This document shows, in pieces, positions 27,826 to 42,128 of a stretch of 64,000 nt of DNA. How positions within the stretch are numbered: position 1 is the stretch's first letter; the number at the start of each line of letters is the position of its first letter. The stretch is taken from NCBI GenBank assembly GCA_965644265.1, contig OZ286459.1, positions 106,144,001-106,208,000 on the forward strand. The letters are read 5' to 3'. The notes below the pieces were generated by a model, which had not been told where the DNA came from, searched no databases, and saw nothing but the letters and a program-made list of their open reading frames with translations. The DNA is from Glycera tridactyla. Taxonomy: Eukaryota. Made by a program: the position numbers and the translations under genes.

Positions 27826-30252
27826 CATCTGTGTGTCCGTCTGTGTTGTCTGACTTTNNNNNNNNNNNNNNNNNNNNNNNNNNNNNNNNNNNNNNNNNNN
27901 NNNNNNNNNNNNNNNNNNNNNNNNNNNNNNNNNNNNNNNNNNNNNNNNNNNNNNNNNNNNNNNNNNNNNNNNNNNNNNNNNNNNNNNNNNNNNNNNNNNN
28001 NNNNNNNNNNNNNNNNNNNNNNNNNNNNNNNNNNNNNNNNNNNNNNNNNNNNNNNNNNNNTTTGTGCGTCTGTGTGTCTGTGCGTGTGTCTGTGTGTGNN
28101 NNNNNNNNNNNNNNNNNNNNNNNNNNNNNNNNNNNNNNNNNNNNNNNNNNNNNNNNNNNNNNNNNNNNNNNNNNNNNNNNNNNNNNNNNNNNNNNNNNNN
28201 NNNNNNNNNNNNNNNNNNNNNNNNNNNNNNNNNNNNNNNNNNNNNNNNNNNNNNNNNNNNNNNNNNNNNNNNNNNNNNNNNNNNNNNNNNNNNNNNNNNN
28301 NNNNNNNNNNNNNNNNNNNNNNNNNNNNNNNNNNNNNNNNNNNNNNNNNNNNNNNNNTGTCTGGCTGTTTGNNNNNNNNNNNNNNNNNNNNNNNNNNNNN
28401 NNNNNNNNNNNNNNNNNNNNNNNNNNNNNNNNNNNNNNNNNNNNNNNNNNNNNNNNNNNNNNNNNNNNNNNNNNNNNNNNNNNNNNNNNNNNNNNNNNNN
28501 NNNNNNNNNNNNNNNNNNNNNNNNNNNNNNNNNNNNNNNNNNNNNNNNNNNNNNNNNNNNNNNNNNNNNNNNNNNNNNNAACAAAAACAGATGCGGAATC
28601 ACCGATGCTTGGACACGGACACTCACACATACTAACATCTCACACACGCACGTTCACACGCACACACACACACACACTCTCTTCCACACACGCACCCCCA
28701 CACACTCACATACATCCACACCCACACACACACGCACACACACGCCGTAGCCTACGTCCACCGACCTAGGACATAATTATTATATCCTGTTCATAAGAAT
28801 CATCTGCTCATTTCCGAGGAATATCTCTGCCCTAAGTATCTGGCGTATTTTACTAAAGATACATGAAACTAGATCAATCAATCAGTTTTGTCCACAAAAA
28901 AGAACAGCCATTGTATGATCTATATAATGGGATGAAACTCTACTAGGCACGTCATCGCCGAGGGTACAAAAGTGATCCTGATATCAAATTGTTCCATCGA
29001 TATCGGTCACCATGGGAACGCATAAATGTCATTCTTTGACATTTATCCGCAAGGGAAATATCCATACGACACCTGTCACGTTCAGCCTGATATTTGCAAG
29101 TGTCCCCTGCCTTCTACCCAAAAACCACATAACAAACATACAGACCAATGATGGTGAGCAGGGACCCGTTTCATCAAAGGTGCAAAGATTTTCCAACTGA
29201 CGTGGGTGATCCTAATTACCACAGTTTTCTGAGAAGAAATCCATCAGAATTTGGAGCAGGTACGCCATGTTGAGTGTCCTCTCTTAGTGAAACGGGCCCA
29301 TTGTGATGCATGAGTACCCGTGCGTGTGCGCATGCATGATATGGGGTTATTATTTCATTTATGAATAATGCGAGTGCGCGAAGGCTCCCTATACTCGCAT
29401 CAGATGTGCTTGTGTCTCACGGCTTCCACATGCTTGAATACAGCTTACTTTCGAGTTAAGTGAGTTGAACTTTCTCATGCCTGACATATATGTTCAACAT
29501 CTTCCATAATCCAATACTGTCTCCAGATACTCCGTACATATATGACTGCTGAACAGTGTCAAAGACGAGTTCACGTAGCAGTCTATCTTGGAATTTCCAA
29601 GGCGCTATAATAGCAAACAGAAGTATTAAGTAGCGGAGTTATGGCGAGATACCTGATAGAAAGGTCGTATGTAAATTTCACGAATTCCCACCATCCACTA
29701 AGGAACCGAGAGGAGGAGTCTTGAATGAACCCACTCATGTCCACCGCATGGGCGTCTCAATATGGGCCAGTTTGTGTACATGGAACGTGAAAAAAACAAC
29801 TTACAAACCGACCATCCTTTATTTGACCCACTCTCCGAAAATGTAAAATATGATAGGCACCCAGTGGGTTCACGACTGATGTTTATTTTGTTTCGGCTTT
29901 ACAAAGAAAATGAAAGATACAGTCGCACGTGCTGGAGAGACCATCACCTTTCTATAAAGGCCACCACGAGCAGCGACCATGATGACATTTCAACAGTGAA
30001 AGCCACATTTTTATTCGACGGAAGGTGGTCCTCATAGACAGGATCGTCTGTATATCGGCCTGGGAGATGAGTGAACGCTAGCTGTGCGTCTTCTTCAAGA
30101 GATCGCGCATTCGCCCGATATATGGCGCCTGTGACACCTGAGATCGAAGTAAGGTCTATACTGACACGGATGACATTTTAGTAGCATCTGTCTGAGATTG
30201 TGACGACCTCAGGTGGCTGATAACCCCGAGGTCTGAGTGTCAGATGTGGCTA

Positions 30253-30640
30253 TACTTCGTCAAATCCAAACGTAGCGGGTATGTCTTACCAGCTAAATTC
30301 CCTAGTCCTGTCCGATTTCAGTATTGATAGCACAAAATGCGAGTTATACGTCTTGCGGCGATTAACCATCCTTGTTTTGGTTGATCTGCATGCTTTTGAA
30401 ACGGATGCACCATCATGTCATTGCATTTTTGAATCCGCCGGTATTAACGGCTGTTCTTCCGTATGCGAAGATACGGTTGCCACTTTTGCCGTGAAAGCAG
30501 CGTGAAATCGACATCTATGGCGCGCTAGGCTTAAATAGACAAGTGAACCCCGTAGTGATCGCCTTTCTAGTCGCCGGAGATGTCAATAAAGTCTGTCAGC
30601 GAGTTTCATTTCAATCCGATGCAGAGTCGTGACGCACCCG
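30253..30640 (-). mobile_element. TA-flanked MITE family, copy C (diverged, one end eroded)
   Basis: Starts CTTCGTCAAATCCAAACGTAGCGGGTATGT. CTAGTCGCCGGAGATGTC and TCTGTCAGCGAGTTTCATTTCAATCCGATGC are reverse complements of blocks in copies A and B. Confidence 0.6.
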
Positions 30641-31585
30641 TCACTAATGGACCCGTAGTTTCTTCAACAACTCCCACACCTGTCGGGGTGTTTTTTTTTC
30701 AGTGTTTTGGGAGCATTCTGGTGGTGAATTCCAACAAACACCAATTGTCCATCCGATGATGGATTCTGTCCAGTTCAAATCTGGTTAGTGGCCTTGTATC
30801 TCTGACTATATAATGGATTGAAATGAAAGTTTCTGCCAGACTTCATTGAAATCACTGGCCAATGAAAAGTGTCCATATTGAAATTCACTTGTGAACAGAT
30901 GACCAATGTGCCAAATATTTAGATTTCACATAGTTTTATAGCGAGGGCGGCGACCGTATGTGTTCGACTTCAACTAATACAGACGTGAGCCGGTTATATC
31001 GGGAGATTCACTGTATATGTGTAATCCTCTCCAAAATCGTGTGGACTATATAGAGTCAGCTACAATGATAATCGGAAATTCATACATTCATCTCCTACCA
31101 TCAGAACTCTTTTTTGCCACTCTTTTCTGACACTCGTTATATTTTCAATGGAGATGAAACACTCATTTCGCGTGAAACTCACATCGCATTAGTGGGTCTT
31201 GTTAAAATTGTTTATCCCGTGAAATCATAAAAACTTACCTCTCCCTGCTTGATAACATGGGCGCTATTCCATATGTACATGAGAAATATGATTTAGTTAA
31301 AAAATTATTTTTGGTGAGAAATTGATCAAATATTTTTAGGACTATGGAACCTAAAGTCGGTTCCTGAAGAGGGCGCTCAAGCTAGCTTTATTCGCTAACT
31401 ATACCAAAGATTGAATTCAATTTTATGACTCGATGGTATGATGAATATTGATTTGAAATATGAGAATTCACTATGCTTTCTATTAATGAAATTATTTCTG
31501 TTATAGGTATGTGGGGAATCCGCAAGATGGCGTGTGTGTTGAGATATAACAAAAGCGCCCAGGTGCGCCGAGAGATCTCCGAGAT

Positions 31586-31897
31586 AGAGAGAGAGAGAGG
31601 GAGAGAGAAAGAAAGAGAGAGAGAGAGAGAGAGAACGACGACGATGACAATGATGACGACGACGACGACGACATCAGCAATGGCAACAGCAACCACCACC
31701 ACCTTCATATCCACCACCTCCACCACCGCCATCACCATGCAACAACACCGCCACCACCACCTTCATACCCACCCCCACCGCCACCACCACCACCTTCATA
31801 CCCACCACCACTACCACCACCACAACCACCACCACCTCACTGAAGATGATAATGACGAAAGAGAGAAAGAGAGAGAAAGAGAGTGAGAGAGAGAGAG
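31586..31897. repeat. Compound simple repeat (GA)n-(GAC)n-(CAC/CAT)n-(GA)n
   Basis: Seen directly. Confidence 0.9.
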
Positions 31898-34800
31898 AGT
31901 CAGGTCGCTAAAGCCAGGTAGGTGTCAAATCCATCTGTAGAGGCATGAGATCAACCATGGATCAAGTGATATTTGGCTGAAGAAACTTCGAATGGCGACG
32001 CTTTGGGCCTTCTGCCCTGGTGCTGATCTCTGATTGGCTGGTTTTACACATGCTATTTACAATTCCATTCATGAATCGGCGCAGTGATCCATGAAAGCCG
32101 GTAATGAGGTGCGAAGAAGAAGCACTACTTTTCATCCCTACAAACTATCATATCAACCAAAACACACACTCACTATTTGTGTGCAGCTATACATATCAGA
32201 GTCACTGAGAACGATAACTGGATAGGTGGATGGATGGATGGATGGATGGATGGATGGATAGATGATTTGGCAAAAGAAGTCCCGGCTACGAACGCAATAA
32301 ACATGTCAACATCGAAGTGGGCGTGTCCAAAGAGCTTGATTGACAGGCACGTGCAGTGCATGCCGACTTGGATAACAAAGGCCGGCCCCGTATGTAGGCG
32401 TCTATTCCTATATGCACGTAAACGAACCACTGCTATCCTCCGCAAAGAGTAGTGATTGACCTGTGGTGCCTGTTCTCTTCAGCATCTTTAGTTTTTCAGT
32501 CTGGTATAACCCAAAAAGATTGAAAGGACGATTAACCCAAACAATGCCTACCTGAAACGACGAGGACGTCACCGCTGCCAGCTCTATAAAAACAACACGA
32601 TATTGTCATACGTGCGGCATGAAGGTTGAATTTACAAGCTAATTTCACCGTGATCATATTTCCAGGCACCGGAGATGCCAACAGGTCATATTCCTAATCA
32701 GACCCAGATTGAGGACAGGAGAACGAACAAGAGCGCCAAGTGCGCTGAATGAGATCTCCGATGAGACACGGAAACATAAACAAACCAATTGCGCGTCTGC
32801 CCTGCCCGTCGACGATATCACCGTGACCCATATAGCCTAAACCAACACGCTGCCTCGCACACACGTACTATATTCATGCGCAATAATACATATCCGAGCT
32901 GCTGAAATCTGTGTTATACGCTTTCCGAGCAACAAAGCCACGCGAAGGGAGAATTGTTTATGATCGGCGGATATCCTTTCTTCAAATAGTCATTTATCAG
33001 ATCAATGGATCATGGCCGAAAAGTGTTAGATTACATGACTTACACTTTTCACACAGCTCCGACCAAGATTCGACGATGTTGGTGCGTGGGTCGATCAGCT
33101 TCATGATTACAAAGACGTACCCATCACCTTTGGCTTTGACAGGATTTAATACTCAAAGATTCCCTGGTGAATAACTCCGATATGAACCTCTTTCCCCGCA
33201 TTTTCCTCGTTTTGTTAGAGATGAAATTCATTTTCGGACCATTTTTCTCTCGTCCACATGACATTTTACTCCTGGCAAATCTGAGAGTTTCAATATTCTG
33301 GTCGGTGCGAGTGTGTCCGAATGTGGTCTTCAGAAAAAGGGGATGCGATCCAAGTTTTCTCAGCCTCTATTGTTAGGTTTGTACATTATTGCTGTACTAG
33401 TACAAAGGCGGACATATGTGAACATGTAAATGATTCAATTATTTGACTGGCTGGACACTTAAACTCATGCTTGATAGCACTTGCTTCATTTTAGGGGAAG
33501 CATAGTACTGCATTTTTCTGGAGAATTTGGAGCAACGGACTCATCAAACATTTATCAAAAACAGTTGGTACCAAACGAACGACCCCTGCTTATAAAGCTA
33601 TTTGTGTCTTTCATTGCGACAACTTGCGGATACTGCTTGAAATCCATGATGATTTGACTATCTGTGCGCGGGCTATATCTGCTTTCGTATTGTCTGGGGA
33701 CCGGGTTCATTTGATTCATCGCATGATTCCTTGAGATGAATACGAGGACATATAGAATGCGACATAAGATGGTGATATCTCCTTTAGGTTTGTCCTTGAT
33801 TTCGTGGTCGAAAAGATGTATTAACCTGCAGCTGTTGGTAATAGCAAAATATCGACTTATCGGGTCTGAATGATATGGCGTAGGTCTTATTTTGGGTCGA
33901 CCTAAAAGGTATTTCTGGTGTTTTGATTCAAGTGTTCTGATTTATTTCGTCTGTCAATTCTTCTATCAATTCACCTCTCAAGGACTCACCAACAAATGGT
34001 CGATTGGTAACCTGTTCACAGCCTTCAGCACCGTCTGGGCTCAATTAGGACACCCATCCGATAGAGTATGGCAGGATCACTCAGAGCTCAACTTTCCGGG
34101 TAGGTGGAGGAAAGTGAAAACCGACTCACCACAAAGGGATGTGCACGGCCCTCCAATAAGCATGCGACAGAACAAAATTAAGCTCATCTAGGAGTAAATG
34201 AACGCAGATGAAATTCATATTCTATCCAAATAGCTTGAAGTAGGGAGGTATTTGCGATCTTGCCAATACCAAAAGACGGAGTAGGTGTCATTTGTGACAT
34301 TGGGCCATCATATTTTGTCAGTGGGGTCAGGAGGTCGGCAGACAGGCAGGCAAGGCTCGCCCATGACGCGATGGCATCGTGTGAGAGCTGGGAGGAGAAG
34401 CCAAGTGGCGACCGGCCATCGTATATTAGAGCCAAACAAGTGGCAATATGCCACTATCAATAAAAACACTGCCCATCACACAAGTGCCGTTATCGTCATA
34501 TTTGTCGACAACGTCCACGACCAGCGATATTGCATCTCGCAGCCGTGTTAACGATGGCCTTGGCCTTCGCTACCACATGGTGCTGTAGAATGTTCTTGGG
34601 CATGATTGGGATCGCTCAATACGCCTTCTCCTGGGTCCCCAACAGAAGCTGGTCCCAGGGGGGGGGGAATCTTGATTGTATCGATGCTCATTGCTCCGGC
34701 ATCTCAGGATAGCCCAGGTGTTGTATTTTCGTGTACACTCATATCTCCACTCACTTGGATGACTGCATTAAAGAGGAGTTGAGCATGCCACTACCTTCAC

Positions 34801-37800
34801 GAGATTAGTCGCAATCCCAGCCATCTAATCATCATTTATTCCATCATCAGTACTATAATCCGAATAAGAGATGGCGATCAGTACTCTCTTGATAGAAGCA
34901 TCTGGAAAAGCTATGTGGAAGATTATCCAAAGTCATATATATACTCGACTAAATACAAGATTCTGTTATATGCTCAATCTGGATTTGGGTACTGGGACGT
35001 GCCTGACCAGCTTCCTCGATAACAATCACAGACATGCTGAGCAGACCCGGATCTGAACAAAACACACACCCGATACGGCCGACCCTGATAGCCTCCTGGA
35101 AGCGTTACAAGAATTCGGTTCTAAATATAGTACAGATCATATCCACCTGACTGACAACAATTACCCGAACTCAACAGCAATATCTTCAAGAAGCAGCCTT
35201 TTGTCTGTGATGCACAGCGACCCTCAATTCTGGGCCCCCTTTCTCTTTGCTGTGAATGTGAACCAACTTCATCCAATCTCACAGAATTGCAAATTCGTCC
35301 TATAGGCTGATCACATGACAATATGAGTAAGTGCTGACAAAGAATACAACCTGCAAGAGAAAATAACTCATGAGGTCGCTCCTAATCCACTGTGTATCTG
35401 TGTATTATTCAACTTCGCCTAACAACAAAATATCTTAGTTCTGGGATCACTTGCGAAGTGTGCAGTCCAGTTTGAGAACCGTCGACAACTGTAGTGGCTA
35501 TGAGCAGGGCCTTCGAGATAATAAGGATAGAATTGCTGTAGAATGGGTGCGACCAAGGCGAGAGCACAGGTGAGATCATCAGGCTCGAGTTATTGCCGTG
35601 GGCGTGCCAGCTAGCATCACGGTCAGAGGGCTCGAAATTAGCCAATCTTCCGCGTCTGCAAGAACATCACAGCTAACAAGAGCAGCTGCTCAATCATTAT
35701 TAGCTTACCTCACCTGTCGTAGAACTACCACTGTGCATCCTCCTCCACACCATTCTCGTTGAGCTTGAGTCAATAATAACAGCACTATAGTGGTTTGTTT
35801 GATTATATCATGCACAGTTGTCATATCACATGCAATCATAATCATGGAACGAAAAAAAAGAAGGGAGGCGAATTTATCCATCTACAAGATGAACAGTGAT
35901 GGGTGTTAAAATGGAGCATGGGGGTACTCTATATGCAATACCTGAACAGGATGACTCCGAGCCAGCAACTTGGATGGAAGGAACATCCTTCATTTCGAAG
36001 CTGATTAGTGGTGATCCCAAAATAAAGTATTGGGGTACTCTATGAGCCATATTAGACCAAGATGACTCCAAGCCAGCAATTATAGCCGTCTGATTGCGCC
36101 AAGACCAATGGAATTCGAACCAACGAATGCTTCGGATTCTGAAACAGCAGACTGTAATTTCTCCACGACGACACTGTGATCCAGAGTGTCGATGGATTGA
36201 TTTGACCTGGTTTGGTTGGGTTTCGCCAGCATATAACAATCCGGGATTGAAAAGGCAGTGGTGGTCCAATAATTGCGGATTGGGGACCCTGGTGTGTGAT
36301 CGAGTGATCAATACTTATAACTGAGGATTGATTTATCAGATTTCGACAGCAAGTATCAAGCCAGAGGATTATGCATGTTGTATGTACCTGACCTACGGAA
36401 CCTAGATGATATGTACCTGCAGACATTACTTTCACAAACTCTGAACACATGATGATGGAGAATTAGGAAGGTTGTCAGGTAGAAGAAACTGACAACTCAG
36501 ACACACCTTCACCCAGCTAACATGAAGTAGACTTGCTACTCGATGATGATCAGCTTATACTTTGCCGTGCCTGCCCTTAGGCTATCATTGTGCACACTAA
36601 CTCTAATCCAACAATGAGACCATGTATGATGTTTGTATACAGGTGACCCATGTTGACATCATTCGACCCAACCGAACAAGCTATTCAATATATGAGTTGC
36701 CTCATCGTAATTTCAGCGTATACAATACTATCATGTGCTGAATCCATTATCTAATGAGATCCCACCTGAATATGATATGGCCGGATACACACGCTGCTCT
36801 CCTCTATACGCCATTTAGCATTGTTGTATCACGAACTAAATATCACAGCTGAATAATGAATGATATTATGCGCGCATGATCCGCATCATTCTCTTTACTG
36901 GGGCCTACCCCCTCCCCCACCCCCACCCCCTCCAGCATGAGTCACTCACCATGTCATTACCATTGCGCTTCATGGCATCACGGAGTCATGTCACAAGTTG
37001 GGGGGGGGGGGTGTTGAGTGAGCAGTGCGAACATGAAATTTTGCATCATCCAGACTTTCGCCTTAAAACAGTTGTCAGTGGGAATGCAGCCCTGGTACAC
37101 TTATTGTAAAACATATTGCCCTTGACCCTGTCTGAAGAAGAGAGAGTTAGTCCATGCATCATAGTTAAAACATGGATGGATGGATAGATGGATCGTTGGG
37201 TGAGCAGATGTACAGAAAGACAGATGGACAGNNNNNNNNNNNNNNNNNNNNNNNNNNNNNNNNNNNNNNNNNNNNNNNNNNNNNNNNNNNNNNNNNNNNN
37301 NNNNNNNNNNNNNNNNNNNNNNNNNNNNNNNNNNNNNNNNNNNNNNNNNNNNNNNNNNNNNNNNNNNNNNNNNNNNNNNNNNNNNNNNNNNNNNNNNNNN
37401 NNNNNNNNNNNNNNNNNNNNNNNNNNNNNNNNNNNNNNNNNNNNNNNNNNNNNNNNNNNNNNNNNNNNNNNNNNNNNNNNNNNNNNNNNNNNNNNNNNNN
37501 NNNNNNNNNNNNNNNNNNNNNNNNNNNNNNNNNNNNNNNNNNNNNNNNNNNNNNNNNNNNNNNNNNNNNNNNNNNNNNNNNNNNNNNNTAGATGGATAAT
37601 GCTGATCACCCAGAAATACTTCTCACTCGGTTCTTGATTGTTCATGACAACACCGGGGTACATGTTGCTCTCGGAAAGAGGGATCAGGATATACCATAGA
37701 TGGCGGAGGCTACTGCTTATGTTATGCTGCCTGTAAGCTAGCAAATTATTCATGAAAGAGAGAGGGGGGGGGGCAAATATGCACTGGCTGACCCTGCATT

Positions 37801-39070
37801 ATTGTACGTAGTTGGTCATCTACTTATAAACAATCAACTACACACCAGCTCAGCCCCCACATCTCGCTTGGCCTTTCTGGCTGATGCAGCAGGTAGACAA
37901 TAAAAACTGCTATCATCCTCTCCTCATCTTCACATAACCATGATCTCTATCCAAAATGTAACATCATTATCAGCGATACATTCTCAAACACCATTAGTAC
38001 CATTCACGTCAATCTAACCATCCATTACTTCTATCAACTCATCCATTCATTCATTGCTTGCTTGAAGGACTGACTTATCCGCTGCTTCCTTGGTCTCTGG
38101 GTATAGCGATTGTATAACTCGATATCATTCGGTGCTTCCTGAATTTATATGCAGTGGAACCTGTACTAGGCAACCACTGTATTCAGCAACTGTCTTAAGC
38201 AGCCACTTGATGATTTCCGCTAGAAAATTTCTCACATTAATTCACCTGTAAAGAGCAACTACATGTTTTCAGTAAACACTTTTTGGTGAAATGCGTATAG
38301 AAGATGATGAAGACATTATCATGACCTAACAAAGTAACAGAATTTTTTTTGTATGCTCTCTCCAATGATCGATTGCTTGCAGTATCCAGGCTCAAGCTAC
38401 GTTACCAGATAGAATATAGGTATACTCTCAAATTTACACTGGAGAAAGTGAGTGGTCTTTTTATCACTGTCTATAGTCAAGTACCCATTCACACCTAGGT
38501 GAAGTGGGGTGGTGGAGTACATATATACATATAAACTCAGGTCAATATGATGCTCTCCGAAGTGATATTGAGGAAGAGCCAAATATCAAGCCGATTCAAC
38601 TTCCATTCATATTTTCCAAAGCACAACTAAATTCAACTACCAGCTGGTAGATATCAGCGTATTGTGTACTTTGAAACCTGCCGACTATCTCTCCAATAAT
38701 GGGATACAATCGTTTGGAGCTAGGCTGTGAAATGTTGAGAAAATCAGCCGGGGGTGGCCCATAATCACGTGCCTTACATCACACGTCGACTTTTGATCCC
38801 CGAGTCACTTGCATAATGGCACCAATAAATTAGACGTCATCACTCAAACCCAGAATGTGCCGCAACACACCAAATCCATCAAATCACACCAAATTCAGCG
38901 ACATCACTAACCGAATTGTGCGTTCAGTACGCGTGATAATGATGGTTTCAAGATTTTTGCAGCCAATAGATGTACTCATTCGTTTCAGGATTTTGTCGGT
39001 TGATTCGTTAAGTTCGGTGTTTTAGTGAGAACCGATAAATTAGACTGGCACCACCAAATATCATTCCAGA

Positions 39071-39126
39071 GGCGTCATGGCAACCGGGGCCAGGGCTTGG
39101 AGCACAGCTCTGGTTACCATGGAAAC
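39071..39126. promoter_or_regulatory. RFX X-box site GTTACCATGGAAAC (39113-39126) plus partial site GTCATGGCAAC (39074-39084)
   Basis: Match to the RFX X-box consensus GTTNCCATGGNAAC. Function is not demonstrable from sequence alone. Confidence 0.4.
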
Positions 39127-41541
39127 AGTGGCAGGTGCTCCGCAAGCTTGCTGAGCTGTGTCATTCTGCCAGAATGCCCCCAACTCCCGCTACTCCTGTA
39201 TTCACCATCACTTGCTCACTCACCACCCCCATCTCAGATCAGGCCTGGGATTCAGCATCCCAGCTGTGCCATTCAACCTCGAGGAGACATGCGAATGTCA
39301 GTGTATGATCTTCACCGAAACGTCGCAGTCTCCGTAGTGTGCAGTGATCAAACCTGAGTTATATCGAATCCGCTTGTCCCAGAAAGCCGAGAACGATATG
39401 TCTGACACAATTCAGAATGAAGCGAGTTGACTCTAATTGGATGGCGTGGGCACACACAGACATAGTCATGTCTCTTGGAGATACTCGAACAATATACAGT
39501 GGCTGTGGCAATGGGTGAGATTGCCTCCAGTCAACCTGCTACCTCTGTGATAAATAGCATGCTGCAATACACATTGGCCTATATAAGCTGTTTTAGACCT
39601 TAACATAGATATACTGTACCCATTTTTTCCTCTTTACCATTCATTCGAGTCCCGGTGGTGATCTCGAAGGGATACTCATTGAAATTACATGACTTGGAGT
39701 TTTGAATTTGACTGAAAACTCCACAAAATTGAGATGAAAGGATTTGCACGCGATCTTCACCCACTTTCCCTTGAATCTATCCAAAAAGAAATGGGTAGAA
39801 TGAAGGCATCATGTAGTCAATGGAAGTAGTCTCCGAACCTCTAAACTCTGAAGTGATTTATTCACCAAGACTGCCATGACTGGCACTGAGATTAGAAGGT
39901 TAATTGATTCGATTAGTGGCTGTGGAAGCAAGCATAGCGCCCCATTTGCTCTCTAATGTAATTAGATAATTAATCTACTAATTAAACATGTTGCGCCAGA
40001 AATGTATCCGTCATCTCATAAACACCACAAACAATGTGTGAAATCTGCTCCGTGATACGCCTTTTTGTCTTTTGTCACCTTCACTGTCGCCGTCGCCTAG
40101 TCGCGATTCCGCATGCGATGAGATTTCTGCCTGTGTGCCCGTCTGTCTCCGGGATGTCTGCAAATGACATGAGATCAATATAGCATGATATCACATAATT
40201 TATAGAACATGAAGGAACACAATATAGAGTTCATAGGGGCAAGTGTAGAATTCAGTTTTGTTGGATTGTTTGATTGATTGATTGAAGTCTGGATTGCACA
40301 ATTTGATTGGCGGATTAGAGTTCAGTGACATGTATCGACTCTAAGCCCATGTAAGCCGAGTCTCTGGTGAAATGAAGGTTAGATGGTCTGTCTCTTGCAT
40401 GCATCACTCGCACAAACCCTGTACATAAGATGATGGGAACCAGTGAGTGTGTTGAGTGAGAGTGGCTGACAGTTCAGACAGCTGCTTGAGAGACCACTTC
40501 TGTACAGAGTCTCTTCTACAAATACCTACTGAATGGTGACATCTATAGTATTTGCTACATTAAACAAGCCCTCTGTTAAGATACGCTATCTCAGGTCAGA
40601 CCTTGATGTGATCGAAGGTGGCTTCAAAATACTGTTCAGGTTGCTTGTGAAATTACCACTGTAATCATAATGATACTTTTTGGAATAGAAAATCCTAAAT
40701 CAACAATCAGTAATCGGCACTGATTCCCACAATATAGTATGTCAAAGATATTCCTGAGCACAATTAACAAACCTTGGCTACCCATTCAGACCGATTCGGT
40801 TTTCCATAATTTTACACCACCTGGATTCCCACGTCGACTTTATCACCATCGTCCAATATCGGGTCCAGCGTGTAGGTAATCGCCGTCTACTGCGCTAGTT
40901 CGCACACATGGTTTCCTGAATCGAAGACGTTTCGCCCTGGTCACGTGATGCGTCCATGCCACAGGTAATTCGCCGCATAACAATCGAGGTCGAAGGTCAA
41001 CGCAGGTTGTGTCACGGCAATGAACGGTCTCTCCGATCCCCATTCTCGGCGGGATTTCAAACTTTGAAGGCTTCCGAATGCCGAATATAATTGTTCAAAT
41101 ACAAATATCGGATGATAGATACACAATGCACCTCGTGCTGGGAACAGGAAAGCCGCACACGCCTCGTAGCGAGACCTGGGAAAGCACTTGTGCGCTGTCG
41201 GGTTCCCGCTAATCGGTGTGCATGGCCTTCACGCACTCGGCACTCGGCGCATTCTTTGTAATGACAAGCTTGAAGATGTATTTGTCCTACTTCATTGCTC
41301 ATCATCATCATGACAGCAGATTGCTGGATACTCCGTCTCTGTAGGTGACTTGAAGCTTGACGATATTTCCAGATAGATAGATAACAATCGCACTCATGAG
41401 ACTATCTCAATTTACTTAATGTGTTGCACACTTGATTGATGATTCGTGTATATCCTCATTGCTACTGTCTTTCGCGAATGTTGAGCTCATTCCACCACTC
41501 TACCTATCATATCAGGTCAGGTACATGTGGCTCGAGTAGGT

Positions 41542-41950
41542 AAAGTCTGTCAACTCCAAATGTGGCGGGTACGTTTTATGCGATAGATTTGTCGTTTTCC
41601 GTCTGATCTTAGTTTCAATGACATGAATGTACTGGATAGGTCTTCCGGCGATTATCGAATCTGGTTTCATGTAATTACGCCCTCGTTTCGTTTCATTCTT
41701 TCGGCGAATCCTCCGGCATCATCGGCGACAATTTGTATATGAAACCGCGGGGTTACGGCCGCCGCACTTGCCGCGAAACCAGCATGGAAGCGACAATCTA
41801 TGGTGAAATATACGCGAGAACTTCACCGTGATCACATTACTAGTCACCAGAGATGTTAGCAATTTTTGCCAGCGAATTTTGTTTCAATCCAATGCGAATT
41901 CGCGATGCTAGGGCAAAGAACGTACCCACCACGATGAATTGACAGACTTT
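41542..41950 (-). mobile_element. TA-flanked MITE family, copy D (cleanest copy, ~410 bp)
   Basis: TIR AAGTCTGTCAACTCCAAATGTGGCGGGTACGTT versus reverse complement of AACGTACCCACCACGATGAATTGACAGACTT; TA at both boundaries (41541-41542, 41950-41951). Confidence 0.75.
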
Positions 41951-42128
41951 AGTCTATTTTTTCAGTCTTCATTGTCACATCGCATCATTTACAATACATA
42001 TAATTACATTGATCCTGTAACATTTCTAGTGAAATGCAATCGATATCAAATCCATATAATATGGAATTACTAGTATAATGATATTCTACCACTTGATCAT
42101 GAATGTTATACCATGTCATCGGAACTGA

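Noticed and set aside
31473-31886. Poly-Glu/Arg, poly-Thr and poly-His ORF
   Set aside because: Direct translation of compound microsatellites.
33900-34560. Minus-strand ADLLTPLTK and FVLSHAY fragments resembling Gypsy RT/RNase H
   Set aside because: Similarity too weak and fragmented to support without a search.
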